Below the pieces are notes generated by a model. The model made no database searches. It was given only the letters and a program-made list of their open reading frames with translations, and was not told the origin of the DNA. From Macrostomum lignano (Eukaryota), in NCBI GenBank assembly GCA_002269645.1, contig NIVC01003746.1, positions 1-64,000 of the forward strand: a stretch of DNA of 64,000 bases. Direction: 5' to 3'. Both the position numbers and the translations under genes were made by a program. The first letter of the stretch is position 1. The number at the start of each line of letters is the position of its first letter. Below are positions 39,168 through 52,305 of this stretch, piece after piece.

Positions 39168-39280
39168 GCCTCACCGGACTCTCTTGTCTCTCTCCCACTG
39201 GATCGCCTCACCGGACTCTCTTGTCTCTCTCCCACTGGATCGCCTCACCGGACTCTCTTGTCTCTCTCCCCCTGGATCTT
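39168..39280. repeat. 37-bp tandem repeat, ~3 copies
   Basis: tcaccggact recurs at 39171, 39208 and 39245. Confidence 0.9.
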
Positions 39281-39339
39281 CAGCTCTGCCACCAACATTC
39301 TCTTTCTGTCTCTCCTCTGTCCTGGGTCTTGTTTTCTTC

Positions 39340-39965
39340 TCCTCCCATTCTCTCTCCCTCTCATTCAATCTCCTCATTCCCTCTCCCTCTCACACCCTCT
39401 TTACTCTCCTCCTCATTCCCCCCTTTCCCCCTCATTTCCTTTCCCTCTTCCCTCTCCCCCTCATTCCCTCTCCCCCTCATTCCCTCTCCCCATCTCCCCC
39501 TCATTCCCTCTCTCAATCTCCCCATCTCCCCCTCATTCCCTCTCCCCATCTCCCCCTCATTCCCTCTCTCAATCTCCCATCTCCCCCTCATTCCCTCTCT
39601 CAATCTTCCAGCCCTCATTCCCTCTCTCAATCTTCCAGCCCTCATTCCCTCTCTCAATCCCCCCTCATTCCCTTTCTCAATCTCCCCATCTCCCCCTCAT
39701 TCCCTCTCTCAATCTCCCCATATCCCCCTCATTCCCTCTCCCCATCTCCCCCTCATTCCCTCTCTCAATCTCCCCATATCCCCCTCATTCCCTCTCCCCA
39801 TCTCCCCCTCATTCCCTCTCTCAATCTCCCCATCTCCCCCTCATTCCCTCTCTCAATCTCCCCATCTCCCCCTCATTCCCTCTCCCCATCTCCCCCTCAT
39901 TCCCTCTCTCAATCTCCCAATCTCCCCCTCATTCCCTCTCCCAATCCCCCTCATTTCCTCTCCCT
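39340..39965. repeat. Polypyrimidine mosaic repeat (ccccctcattccctctc...)
   Basis: Direct inspection; source of ORFs 39104-40188. Confidence 0.9.
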
Positions 39966-40689
39966 TCGTTCAGTTTCGCCCCTAATTGGTAATAGTTGCC
40001 GTTTGGCCTTCCTATCGGTACTTTTTAGCATCATTTATGGAAGACAGTCTGGCATTTTGCACCCCGGTTCCACTGCACTCCTGCTGTACAGTTTAGGATG
40101 CGGTCCTACCCTCTCCTCTCCCAGTTCCCACTCAGTAGAAGCGGCCTATAATTGGGTCCATGAAGACATTCGTGTCCGAAATTATTAGCTTTCATTTTTC
40201 AGCAAGAGTGCATATGCCTCACCTAAAAGTTGGACTAAACATGACGTGTGATTGCAGTACCACTGAACAATCGCTATAAAATATTACAGTCTGGATGTTT
40301 GTACACTATACAGAATATAAATGGCATTCCATTGAATCACTCCAACTGTAACAAAACAGTCGTGGGGATTTTATCGGCGGAAAGAAATTCCGGACCGGAA
40401 AAAAGATAGCAAAGTGTAAGTTGCAGCAAAGCTGGGCACTCTGTATGCTGGCTATCTGCACAGCAATCTGTAATTAAGAACTTTCTGCTGGGCACACCAA
40501 ACTCGAATCTAGCAAGTCGGAGACTTGCGGCCCCACCATTCGGATCAAATATCGGATTTTTTTGGAAGATTTAGCAGGAAAGATTCATTGCTGCCGCCTC
40601 TGCTGCTGTACACAATCCCGAAGCCCTTATGGTGTCCTTTTTGGCCATTGGCGACTGTAGGGGATAGATTATTGGATAGGGGGAGAGAT

Positions 40690-42120
40690 GGATGTCTAGA
40701 AATGGAGTGAGAGATAGATGTCTAGAAATGGAATGAGAGATAGATGTCTAAAGATGGAGTGAGAGGTAGATGTCTGGAGATGGAGTGGGAGATAGATGTC
40801 TAAAGATGGAGTGGGAGATAGATGTCTAAAGATGGAGTGAGAGGTAGATGTCTGGAGATGGAGTGGGAGATAGATGTCTAGAGTGAGAGATGGAGTGAGA
40901 GATGGAGTGAGAGATGGAGTGAGAGATGGAGTGAGAGATGGAGTGAGAGATGGAGTGAGAGATGGAGTGAGAGATGGAGTGAGAGATGGAGTGAGAGATG
41001 GAGTGAGAGATGGAGTGAGAGATGGAGTGAGAGATGGAGTGAGAGATGGAGTGAGAGATGGAGTGAGAGATGGAGTGAGAGATGGAGTGAGAGATGGAGT
41101 GAGAGATGGAGTGAGAGATGGAGTGAGAGATGGAGTGAGAGATGGAGTGAGAGATGGAGTGAGAGATGGAGTGAGAGATGGAGTGAGAGATGGAGTGAGA
41201 GATGGAGTGAGAGATGGAGTGAGAGATGGAGTGAGAGATGGAGTGAGAGATAGATGTCTGGAGATGGAGTGAGAGATGGAATGAAGATGGAGTGAGAGAT
41301 GTCTGGAGATGGAGTGAGAGATGTCTGGAGATGGAGTGAGAGATGTCTGGAGATGGAGTGAGAGATGTCTGGAGATGGAGTGAGAGATGTCTGGAGATGG
41401 AGTGAGAGGTGTCTGGAGATGGAGTGAGAGATGTCTGGAGATGGAGTGAGAGATGTCTGGAGATGGAGTGAGAGATGTCTGGAGATGGAGTGAGAGATGT
41501 CTGGAGATGGAGTGAGAGATGTCTGGAGATGGAGTGAGAGATGGAGTGAGAGATGGAGTGAGAGATGGAGTGAGAGATGGAGTGAGAGATGGAGTGAGAG
41601 ATGGAGTGAGAGATAGATGTCTGGAGATGGAGTGAGAGATGGAATGAAGATGGAGTGAGAGATGTCTGGAGATGGAGTGAGAGATGTCTGGAGATGGAGT
41701 GAGAGATGTCTGGAGATGGAGTGAGAGGTGTCTGGAGATGGAGTGAGAGATGTCTGGAGATGGAGTGAGAGGTGTCTGGAGATGGAGTGAGAGATGTCTG
41801 GAGATGGAGTGAGAGATGTCTGGAGATGGAGTGAGAGATGTCTGGAGATGGAGTGAGAGATGTCTGGAGATGGAGTGAGAGATGTGTGGAGATGGAGTGA
41901 GAGATGTGTGGAGATGGAGTGAGAGATGTGTGGAGATGGAGTGAGAGATGTGTGGAGATGGAGTGAGAGATGGAGTGAGAGATGGAGTGAGAGATGGAGT
42001 GAGAGATGGAGTGAGAGATGGAGTGAGAGATAGATGTCTGGAGATGGAGTGAGAGATGGAATGAAGATGGAGTGAGAGATGTCTGGAGATGGAGTGAGAG
42101 ATGTCTGGAGATGGAGTGAA
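40690..42120. repeat. Purine-rich 12-bp (gatggagtgaga) and 21-bp compound minisatellite
   Basis: Direct inspection; internal higher-order block duplication. Confidence 0.95.
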
Positions 42121-42565
42121 GACAGTTGTCGACAGACAGTGCGGACACAACAATGGGGCACTGAGTGAAGCCAAAAGTGTTGGGCCGGAGAACAAATGGA
42201 ACAGCAGGAAATCAGCAAAATGGTTCAGCCGACCACATTGCAATGCGTGAACTGAAGGCCGTAAAGCCAAACAATTGTAATCCGTTTATACACTCAAGTG
42301 AAGTTCGCTGCATATAAACAGTTATCTGCAGTTACAGGCGCAATTACATAGGAGCATTAGAGAAATCACTCTAAATGGTCCGAACAGCAGATTTTAGACT
42401 AATAGTTTCCGGAATCACTGATGGAAATTATTTAGTTTAGGTTGTGCTCATTATTAAGCTGCTCAATAAAATGACGTGATCTTTTGTCCTGATGAATTTG
42501 TCGCAAATATTGTAGGCTTTTTGTGAATTTTGTAGGCTCAATAGAGGATATTTTAGTATATGGAA

Positions 42566-43488
42566 GGTTTAACAATGGATATTACAGGTTTAACTATGGA
42601 TATTACAGGTTTAACAACGGATATTACAGGTTTAACAATAGATATTACAGGTTTAACCATGGATATTACAGGTTTAACAATGGATATTACAGGTTCAACA
42701 ATGGATATTATAGGTTTAACAATGGATATTACAGGTTTAACCATGGATATTACAGGTTTAACAATGGATATTACAGGTTTAACAATGGATATTACAGGTT
42801 CAACAATGGATATTACAGGTTCAACAATGGATATTACAGGTTTAACAATGGATATTACAGGTTCAACAATGGATATTACAGGTTTAACTATGGATATTAC
42901 AGGTTTAACAATGGATATTACAGGTTTAACAATGGATATTACAGGTTTAACAATGGATATTACAGGTTCAACAATGGATATTACAGGTTTAACAATGGAT
43001 ATTACAGGTTCAACAATGGATATTACAGGTTTAACAATGGATATTACAGGTTTAACAATGGATATTATAGGTTTAACAATGGATATTACAGGTTTAACAA
43101 TGGATATTATAGGTTTAACAATGGATATTACAGGTTTAACAATGGATATTACAGGTTTAACTATGGATATTACAGGTTTAACAATGGATATTACAGGTTT
43201 AACAATGGATATTAGAGGTTTAACAAAGGATATTACAGGTTTAACAATGGATATTACAGGTTTAACAATGGATATTACAGGTTTAACAATGGATATTACA
43301 GGTTTAACAATGGATATTACAGGTTTAACAATGGATATTAGAGGTTTAACAAAGGATATTACAGGTTTAACTATGGATATTACAGGTTTAACAATGGATA
43401 TTACAGGTTTAACTATGGATATTACAGGTTTAACTATGGATATTACAGGTTTAACTATGGATATTACAGGTTTAACAATGGATATTAC
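42566..43488. repeat. 21-bp minisatellite (acaggtttaacaatggatatt)
   Basis: About 44 units. Confidence 0.95.
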
Positions 43489-44313
43489 TAGAGGACTAAT
43501 TAAAATGGACATTGCTCCAGCGAACCAGTTGTCGTGTCCATTGAATTCTGTATAGAACCCGTCTCAGTCTCAGCATTACGGCGCATTCCAAAATACATGT
43601 ATCAACTTTCAATCTAGGTTACAAGCTTCGGGACTGTAGCATTTGCAGCATTGTGCGCAGCTCTGTGCGGCAATTACCAGAAGAGGGAGAGGGAGAGAGG
43701 AGAGAGGAATGGGGAGATGCATTCGATGGAGCTATAGCTGGATGCTGGAAATGGAAATGCGAGATCCGGTGCAGCGCAGAGAAAGAGAGACAGGAAGAGT
43801 TCAACTCTGTCGCGCTTTGGGGTGTTAGAAAAATAACTTTTTTTATTCTCCAACGGAAACAGACGAGGCGACAGTGTAGGCCAGTGGAGGCAGCTGGAGC
43901 CCACATTTGAATCCGGGGGCGCGATGGATTGCCGAAACTGCAGGAAGCTGGTGTTTTATTCATGCAGCTGGCGAGGCCGCTGACCCACCCTCGGGGGCGG
44001 GGTGGTCAGTTTTGACAATTTTTGTCCAGCAGGAGCGACCCGAATGTTTTTTTTCTTTTTATAATGGACGGAATGTCAGTGCTCAAGTGATTTAGATAGC
44101 TGTCACTCTGAAAGCATAGCTTTTGTCATGCTAAGTTACGATTAAAAAACTGATTACATCCAAAGTTCAGAGCCTACAGAACAAAGACTGGTTAGGCCAT
44201 AGACTGCACGCAAATTGCTGACCCCTGTGCCAGCGTCTGTTTAACAATATATATTATATTATTATACTACATCGACCTGGATAAGCAAGTATACAAACTA
44301 TAGAGATTTAGTA

Positions 44314-44801
44314 CACTCAGCAACATTAAAAAGTTTCCACCCTCGCGCCAGCCGTGTATATTTAGAGTTTCAAAACTGGTTTTTGAAACTTTTGAAACTG
44401 ACCCTGTTCTGGGCAAGTTGTCACCCATGCTCGCGTACTTTGTTTCTTTGTTGTTTCTTTGCTTCATTCGAATCCGGATTATACGACGTATATTTGTCTA
44501 TGGCTCAAACCACGAATATCTCCACCCACCAAAACGTTGACCCTTCGCGCGCTAGGGCGGAAACCAAAGAGTATTGAGGTCACATTAGCTACTTGTATTT
44601 TTCTAATGCACTCTATGTATATTTCTGAGCATCGGCTTTGTACACCATTCTAGCCACAACTTGTGCCATAGACTAAAAAGCTTGGTGACCGGAGGGGGTG
44701 GGTGGATTCTAAAAATCGGCTTCAGATTTTCATCCTTATTGGCACTCTATACTAGGCGACCTCAATATTCTTTGGTGGAAACTTTTCAATGTTGCTGAGT
44801 G
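44314..44801. mobile_element. Tc1/mariner-type MITE, 488 bp
   Basis: ~28-bp TIR CACTCAGCAACATT(A/G)AAAAGTTTCCACC, flanked by TA at 44312-44313 and 44802-44803. Confidence 0.85.
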
Positions 44802-45904
44802 TATATAAGATTATTTTTATCATTCTTATTATTATACTAGATAAGTTATTAGTATTTAGTTGCAGAGTTATTAGTAGTATTAAGTATATCGATTATTAGT
44901 AATAAGACTAACAATAACAATGATTAGAATTTAATCTGCAATTATAGTTATAATTATAGTAATTTTAATATTAATAATAATACGCTCGAAATACATGTAA
45001 TGTTACATCTCTAACTATAGGAGACCAGCAAGCTTAATTAATTAGGATTGGACCTATCTCACAGTAGCGTGCAAAATTGACTTTGTCTATATGTTAAAAT
45101 CTTCCTTAGGTCTAATGAATCATAGGTTTAGATCTATTTTTAGAAATTGAAAAAGACCAAATTTCTTTGTTTTTTTTATAGTGGCAACTAGCTATCAGTT
45201 GTAATCTCCTTGCCCCTCCCTTCACCCTCTCCAGCGTACAGGATTGATTTTGTCTATGGTTGAACTTCATGGTCTATGGTTAAAATCGAATCAAATACGA
45301 ACTAGTGTGTCATTGGCACAAAACCTTTAAAGCCTTTGTAAAATTTGAATCTGCACAATCTCATATGGTGTCTATGGTCCAACATGATTCTGTGGAATTT
45401 ACCGAATTGAAAAGTATGAACTTTATCCATAGACACGAATCCAAAGCTGTGCACACGCACGACAAGGCTAAACGAACTGCCGTAGAACTGCAAGATCCTG
45501 TCAGTGAAAAAACTGATCGAACAAAACAAATATTGCGTCGAAGTTGATACTCCACAGGAACTGGATCCCGGAGGAGCCTGGAACACTGACAGATAAAATT
45601 GAAAATGCCGCCTGTGACGGAAGTTCGAATTTACGAGTAGCAGTGATAACAGCGAGAGAGAGCTTTATTTGAAGTCACGTTCACAGCGAGTGATGTTTGC
45701 CCAGCGAGTGGCGACGCTGCGGTCCACTGTGTCTGTAAGTGTGGCCTCCTAGCGCCGGCAATGTGACTTTTCTAAGCATCATTCATCAAAAGTTCAGCTT
45801 AAAAGTGCACAGAAAGTCGGTCGATCGGGCAACTCTCTGGATAAAATTATTTCGAGTTCAATTAAATTTGTGCGCTGGTATATTACTGCTGTGTGCAAGA
45901 GTTA

Positions 45905-46368
45905 ATAGCTAAAGCTCATTGGAACTGCTGCAGATCACCCATAGACACTGCAGCTCATTGGAGCTGCTGCAGATCACCCATAGACACTGCAGCTCATTGG
46001 AGCTGCTGCAGATCACCCATAGACACTGCAGCTCATTGGAACTGCTGCAGATCACCCATAGACACTGCAGCTCATCGGAACTGCTGCAGATCACCCATAG
46101 ACACTGCAGCTCATTGGAACTGCTGCAGATCACCCATAGACACTGCAGCTCATCGGAACTGCTGCAGATCACCCATAGACACTGCAGCTCATTGGAGCTG
46201 CTGCAGATCACCCATAGACACTGCAGCTCATTGGAGCTGCTGCAGATCACCCATAGACACTGCAGCTCATCAGAACTGCTGGCAGATCCCCCATAGACAC
46301 TGCAGCTCATCGGAACTGCAGCAGATTCCCAAAAACACTGCAGCTCATCGGAACTGCTGCAGATCACC
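45905..46368. repeat. 39-bp minisatellite
   Basis: Unit gctcattggaactgctgcagatcacccatagacactgca. Confidence 0.94.
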
Positions 46369-46865
46369 GAAAATCAAAGCCAATCTGTCTCTCTTCTCTG
46401 ATTTTCTGCAACCCAAAATTTAGACAGTGACACCCCGTAAGGGAGAAATTCCAGCTAACCCCAAGCTGCAGTTTTGTTTGAGCTTCTGACAAAACTTCAG
46501 ACCCACACAGAGAAATCAGAGCACAGTAATTCTATCTGTCGCACACGTGTTTGCGCTGCAACCCCCTTCCAAAGAAAATAACTTGACGTTGCATTGATTT
46601 CCGCCTTATGTATGGCCTTCACTCCTGCGTTCAATTCAACTAACCTTCTTTGCCGAGCATTTGCTCCCATTTTAGAGGCCAAAAACAATAGCCAAGGAGC
46701 AGTGTGGAGCATTTACGCGGGGGGGGAGAGAGTCGACCGGAAAGAGAATAAAGAAATTCTCAATCAACTTCGGAGAGGCTCCGAGTTCTTCTTCTTTTTT
46801 AAAAAGAGAAAATTCCGCTTTAGTCTTCCAACTGCTACTAGAAGAAAAGAATTAATTGCTGGGAA

Positions 46866-49800
46866 ATGAGAGCCGCCGATGATGCCAGGCTGAGCCTGAC
46901 TCTGCTGCTGCTGCCGCCGCTTCTGCTGAACATCTGGACGGCTTCAGCGGCCGCTGCGGCAGCGGCGCCAAGAAGTGCGGTCATCTCTGAGCTGCTCGGC
47001 CCCGCCGACAGCCGTCAGCAGCGGCCGCCAGCAGCTCCGGGCGGCTCGACGGATCGGCTGCGGCAGCCCGACCCGTTCGATGAGTTCGCCGAGCCGCGCC
47101 GGCTTGACTGGCCGGCGTCTGACCGGCGACAACGGCGTCGCCGTCAGCTGGCGGCTGAGCGAATCCGGCGCCGGCTGCTCTGGCGAATGTCGCGACATCC
47201 GCGACTGCGCGCGGCACTGGCGCCGCACGCCAGGGACAAGCGGCTGGACCGGCCTGACCCGTACAGGGAGCTGGCCAGCGAGGCCTACCACAGATTTGTT
47301 CGGGCCATCCTGGCGATGCGGAACCGCATGGTGGCGATGCACGGCTTCGATGGTGAGCTTATCTTGGAATCGTGAGCTGGCGCCGGCTTTCAGCGCCCTC
47401 ACTGGCGCCGTTTTTCAGGCGCTCTCTAATGCCGCCGTTTTGGTTTGGTGTCCGAATGGTTTTGGTTTGGTGTCCGAATGGTTTGGGACTCGTGTCCGAA
47501 TGGTTTGGGACTCGTGTCCGAATGGTTTGAGACTAGTGTCCGAATGGTTTCTGACTCGTGTCCGAATGGTTTGGAATCCATCCTTAATGTTCAAGCTCAC
47601 TCACTCCAACTCACTGCAACTCGAATCCTTTCCTACGCCCAGAGACCTCTGCTATTCGCGAGTTCTTCGAGGACGTCCCGTCGGGCGACCGCGGCGGCAA
47701 CTCCACGACCAGCCCCGCGCCGACCAGCGGCCCGGAGATGACACCCAGCCCGCCTGTGCGAGTCTGCCCACCCCGCTGGCGCCTCGGTGATCATCGCTGC
47801 AAGGCGAACGCCACGTTCTGCTACAAGGACTCCGAGTGTCCGGCGGACAGCCGCTGCTGCTTCGATGGGTGCAAACTGCGCTGTCTGGAGCCGGAGCTGC
47901 TCGTCAAGCACGGTGAGCTGGTGTCGGACTGGCTGGTGTCGGACTGGCTGGTGTGGGACTGGCTGGTGTGGGACTGGCTGGTGTCGGACTGGCTGGTGTG
48001 GGACTGGCTGGTGTCGGACTGGCTGGTGTCGGACTGGCTGGTGTCGGACTGGCTGGTGTCGGACTGGCTGGTGTCGGACTGGCTGGTGTCGGACTGGCTG
48101 GTGTCGGACTGGCTGGTGTGGGACTGGCTGGTGTGGGACTGGCTGGTGTGGGACTGGTTGGTGTCGGACTGGCTGGTGTGGGACTGGCTGGTGTCGGACT
48201 GGCTGGTGTTGGACTGGCTGGTGTCGGACTGGCTGGTGTCGGACTGGCTGGTGTCGGACTGGCTGGTGTGGGACTGGCTGGTGTGGGACTGGCTGGTGTG
48301 GGACTGGCTGGTGTGGGACTGGCTGGTGTCGGACTGGCTGGTGTCGGACTGGCTGGTGTCGGACTGGCTGGTGTGGGACTGGCTGGTGTGGGACTGGCTG
48401 GTGTGGGACTGGTTGGTGTGGCCTGTGGGACTGGCTACTGTGGGACACACTATAACACAATAACACTACAGACAGGCTACTGTGGGACACTAACAGACAG
48501 GCTATTGTGGGACGCTACAGACAGGCTACTGTGGGACACTAACAGACAGGCTATTGTGGAACACTACAGACAGGCTACTGTAGGACACTATAGACAGGCT
48601 ACTGTGGGACACTACAGACAGGCTATTGTGGGACACTACAGACAGGCTACTGTGGGACACTAACAGACAGGCTATTGTGGGACACTACAGACAGGCTACT
48701 GTGGGACACTATAGACAGGCTATTGTGGAACACTACAGACAGGCTACTATAGGACACTATAGACAGGCTACTGTGGGACACTACAGACAGGCTATTGTGG
48801 GACACTACAGACAGGCTACTGTGGGACACTATAGACAGGCTATTGTGGGACACTACAGACAGGCTACTGTGGGACACTACAGACAGGCTACTGTGGGACA
48901 CTACAGACAGGCTACTGTGGGACACTATAGACAGGCTATTGTGGGACACTACAGACAGGCTACTGTGGGACACTATAGACAGGCTACTGTGGGACACTAC
49001 AGACAGGCTACTGTGGGACACTATAGACAGGCTATTGTGGGACACTACAGACAGGCTACTGTGGGACACTATAGACAGGCTATTGTGGGACACTATAGAC
49101 AGGCTACTGTGGGACACTACAGACAGGCTACTGTGGGACCACATGCAAATCTGTCTAACATGTGTATTCCCGAATTAGCTCGCAGTCTCGCCAATACTTA
49201 TAACCCTTAAATCCCCTTCCGCAGTGTGTCGGGACTATGCTAACAGCACGGCCTACCCGGGCGACCTGTACATGCATCGCAGGGAGCAGATTTGCACATG
49301 CGACGAGCTGGGCCGCCCGGCAGGTTGCAAGGACAAGAAGCCCTGCATCGATGTTATATCGAGCTCGGTGAGTCGTCTACGGTAGCTGAATAGGTCGCGC
49401 AAAAAGTCATCAAATTGAGTAGTTTTCAGTGTTCTTTCCTGTCAGGTTCTGTCTGGGGAAAATTCTTCGATAGGAAAGCAGTGGACCACAGTCAGATTCC
49501 TTTAAGAGATATCGACTAGATTTCACTGTATAGGATTTTTCAGCGAGGGAACTGTCTGTAGCAGATTTCATAGATTGTCGGATTAGCTGACTGACTTTTT
49601 CTAGACAGCATGGAAGCTCGGATTACGGATTTTATGGGAAAAAAACAGAAAATAGAAATTCTGATTTGTATTGAGTTCAATATAGCTGTCAATAAAGTGC
49701 TTTCGAATTGATTCTACGGCTCGTAGATGCTTCGGATCAGATACTTTGCCAGCAGATTGACATCTCTTTACTGGACTCATATTCTGCCAAGGGGGATTGT

Positions 49801-50410
49801 GAATCGTTTCAGTCAAGGTGAATTTCGTAACTCGCCTCAGTCAAGGGAATTCCGTAACTCGCCTCAGTCAAGGGAATTCCGTAACTCGCCTCAGTCAAGG
49901 GAATTCCGTAACTCGCCTCAGTCAAGGGGAATTCGATCCGTGAATCGCCTCAGTAAAGGGGAATTCGATCCGTGAATCGCCTCAGTAAAGGGGAATTCGA
50001 TCCGTGAATCGCCTCAGTCAAGGTGAATTTCGTAACTCGCCTCAGTTAATGGGTATTCTAACTCGTTTTAGGCAAGGGGAATTCTTCACATCTTAAACTT
50101 GACTTAGCTGCAGGGGGCTCCGCGCGTCCGGAAACAGCGAGGAGGCGTTGCCGCCCATTCTTCACATCGCTTCTGTCATACAGAATTTTCTAACTTGCTT
50201 GGGTCAAAGGGAGTTCCCAGACTCCTTTTAGTCAAGGAAAATTTTCAATATTGAAGTCCCGCATGAATAAATCAATATTCATTTCAGCTATTCAAGCTGC
50301 CCTTTATCAACAACAAGACGGTGAAGCTGAAGAAACGGGAGCGAACAACGCGCCAGAAGATCTACGACGCCCTGCAGAAAGCCTTCAAACACGTGAAGAA
50401 GGTGTACTAG
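46866..50410 (+). CDS. Secreted WAP (four-disulfide core) domain protein with VWC/pacifastin-like Cys module, 340 aa, 4 exons
   Basis: Exons 46866-47352, 47643-47912, 49225-49367, 50288-50410; GT-AG, phases 1/1/0, 1023 nt. Signal peptide LSLTLLLLPPLLLNIWTASA. Eight-Cys WAP CPPRWRLGDHRCKANATFCYKDSECPADSRCCFDGCKLRCLEP. AATAAA at 50530. Confidence 0.85.
47445..47577. repeat. 22-bp tandem repeat in WAP gene intron 1
   Basis: tgtccgaatggttt recurs at 47471, 47493 and 47515. Confidence 0.88.
47917..49140. repeat. Compound array in WAP gene intron 2: 15-bp unit (gtgt[c/g]ggactggctg), then 24-bp unit (acagacaggctactgtgggacact)
   Basis: Starts immediately after the gtgagc donor at 47913; units switch at ~48425. 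Confidence 0.95.
49810..50048. repeat. 27-29-bp tandem repeat in WAP gene intron 3
   Basis: Unit tcgcctcagtcaagggaattccgtaac and variants. Confidence 0.9.
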
Positions 50411-50689
50411 CAGTAGGCTAAACTGCAATACAACTACATGTATGGGATTTCCTTCCGTTGTGCGACTGCGTTGCTCGCCATCCTATCGCACCAATCTCCG
50501 GTACACGGGACTGGCCAGCTTGGCCGTAAAATAAATAAACTGATAGAAGACATTCCAAAGCGCCTAGTTTTGAAACAAGAGGGCAGTGGTGTATTAGTGC
50601 ACGCGAACTGCAAGTTGCATCCCACGATGTACTCTTGTGTTTAGTTCATTACTTTGATGTACAAGTACAGCGTATAGAAAATATACAGC

Positions 50690-51517
50690 TCAGGCTGAAC
50701 CTTAAACATGCAGAAATGCCACCTGAAGACTCCGGTCTCTGCCTGAACCTTCAGCATGCAGACATGCCACCTGCTGGAGACTCCGGTCTCTGCCTGAACC
50801 TTCAGCATGCAGACATGCCACCTGAAGACTCCGGTCTCTGCCTGAACCTTCAGCATGCAGACATGCCACCTGGAGACTCCGGTCTCTGCCTGAACCTTCA
50901 GCATGCAGACATGCCACCTGCTGGAGACTCCGGTCTCTGCCTGAACCTTCAGCATGCAGACATGCCACCTGGAGACTCCGGTCTCTGCCTGAACCTTCAG
51001 CATGCAGACATGCCACCTGGAGACTCCGGTCTCTGCCTGAACCTTCAGCATGCAGACATGCCACCTGCTGGAGACTCCGGTCTCTGCCTGAACCTTCAGC
51101 ATGCAGACATGCCACCTGGAGACTCCGGTCTCTGCCTGAACCTTCAGCATGCAGACATGCCACCTGCTGGAGACTCCGGTCTCTGCCTGAACCTTCAGCA
51201 TGCAGACATGCCACCTGGAGACTCCGGTCTCTGCCTGAACCTTCAGCATGCAGACATGCCACCTGCTGGAGACTCCGGTCTCTGCCTGAACCTTCAGCAT
51301 GCAGACATGCCACCTGGAGACTCCGGTCTCTGCCTGAACCTTCAGCATGCAGACATGCCACCTGGAGACTCCGGTCTCTGCCTGAACCTTCAGCATGCAG
51401 ACATGCCACCTGCTGGAGACTCCGGTCTCTGCCTGAACCTTCAGCATGCAGACATGCCACCTGGAGACTCCGGTCTCTGCCTGAACCTTCAGCATGCAGA
51501 CATGCCACCTGGAGACT
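50690..51517. repeat. 45/48-bp minisatellite between the WAP gene and GOT2 3' ends
   Basis: Unit ctgaaccttcagcatgcagacatgccacct[gct]ggagactccggtctctgc. Confidence 0.95.
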
Positions 51518-52305
51518 AATTTGACAGGAATTATCTATGATATTTATTAATGATTATCAAGGCTTGAAAAACCGTATTTTTGTAGGACTTGAATGTGCAA
51601 ACTAAAATTTGGTGTGCTATCATCGAATATCTAGCCGGTATTAGCTATTTGAAATTTAGGTTTTTATTTAGCAAAAAAAGTGTAACAAGGAATACAAAAA
51701 ACAAGTTCGATAGAATTTAAAGCATCTATATTAGTTAACAACTAATAAGCTGTGTGCTATGACGGGCTGTCATCAGTTCTAATGAGTGTTTTTCTCGGTT
51801 GAAATTTTAGACACAACAAAAACACGCTTAGACAAAAAATTAACTAAAAAATACAATATAAATTAACCAACTATTCGAAACAGCGTCAATGTCAAACTAA
51901 TCCTGTCATTCGAGGCGCTAAAAAAGTTCACAGCAAACTTAAAGCTAAACCAGAGAAAAATTGATATTATTATTATTGAAATTTTTAACCAAGCGTGATT
52001 TTACGCAAATCGAAGGAAAGTCTATCGAAATAATCAATTCCAGCTGTTGCGCACTACTAATAGTAATATTCAACTATAAAAGTAGTAGCAAGACGCCCTG
52101 TTGTTTCTCTTCTTGCAAATTTGAGTTTGAAAACAGCGCAGCAAAGTATTTCATTTAACGCTGGACCTCGCCATCTCCATGGTAACTGCTGCACAGAAAG
52201 TAAACAATTAATACGTACACGTATATATATTACTACTATAAGTAATAAGACCCCTACTAGACCCCTACTAGAATCCATGAAACAACACGAACAGTCAGAG
52301 GCGAT

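Noticed and set aside
35116-42270. Many overlapping ORFs (GIQDWELGFR, PSFPLSI, SLTP/SHSI repeats)
   Set aside because: All come from minisatellites, are open in multiple frames and show no domain signal.
43600-45590. Short ORFs at 43619-44653 and 45302-45586
   Set aside because: No motifs or convincing splice partners; part of the region lies in a MITE.
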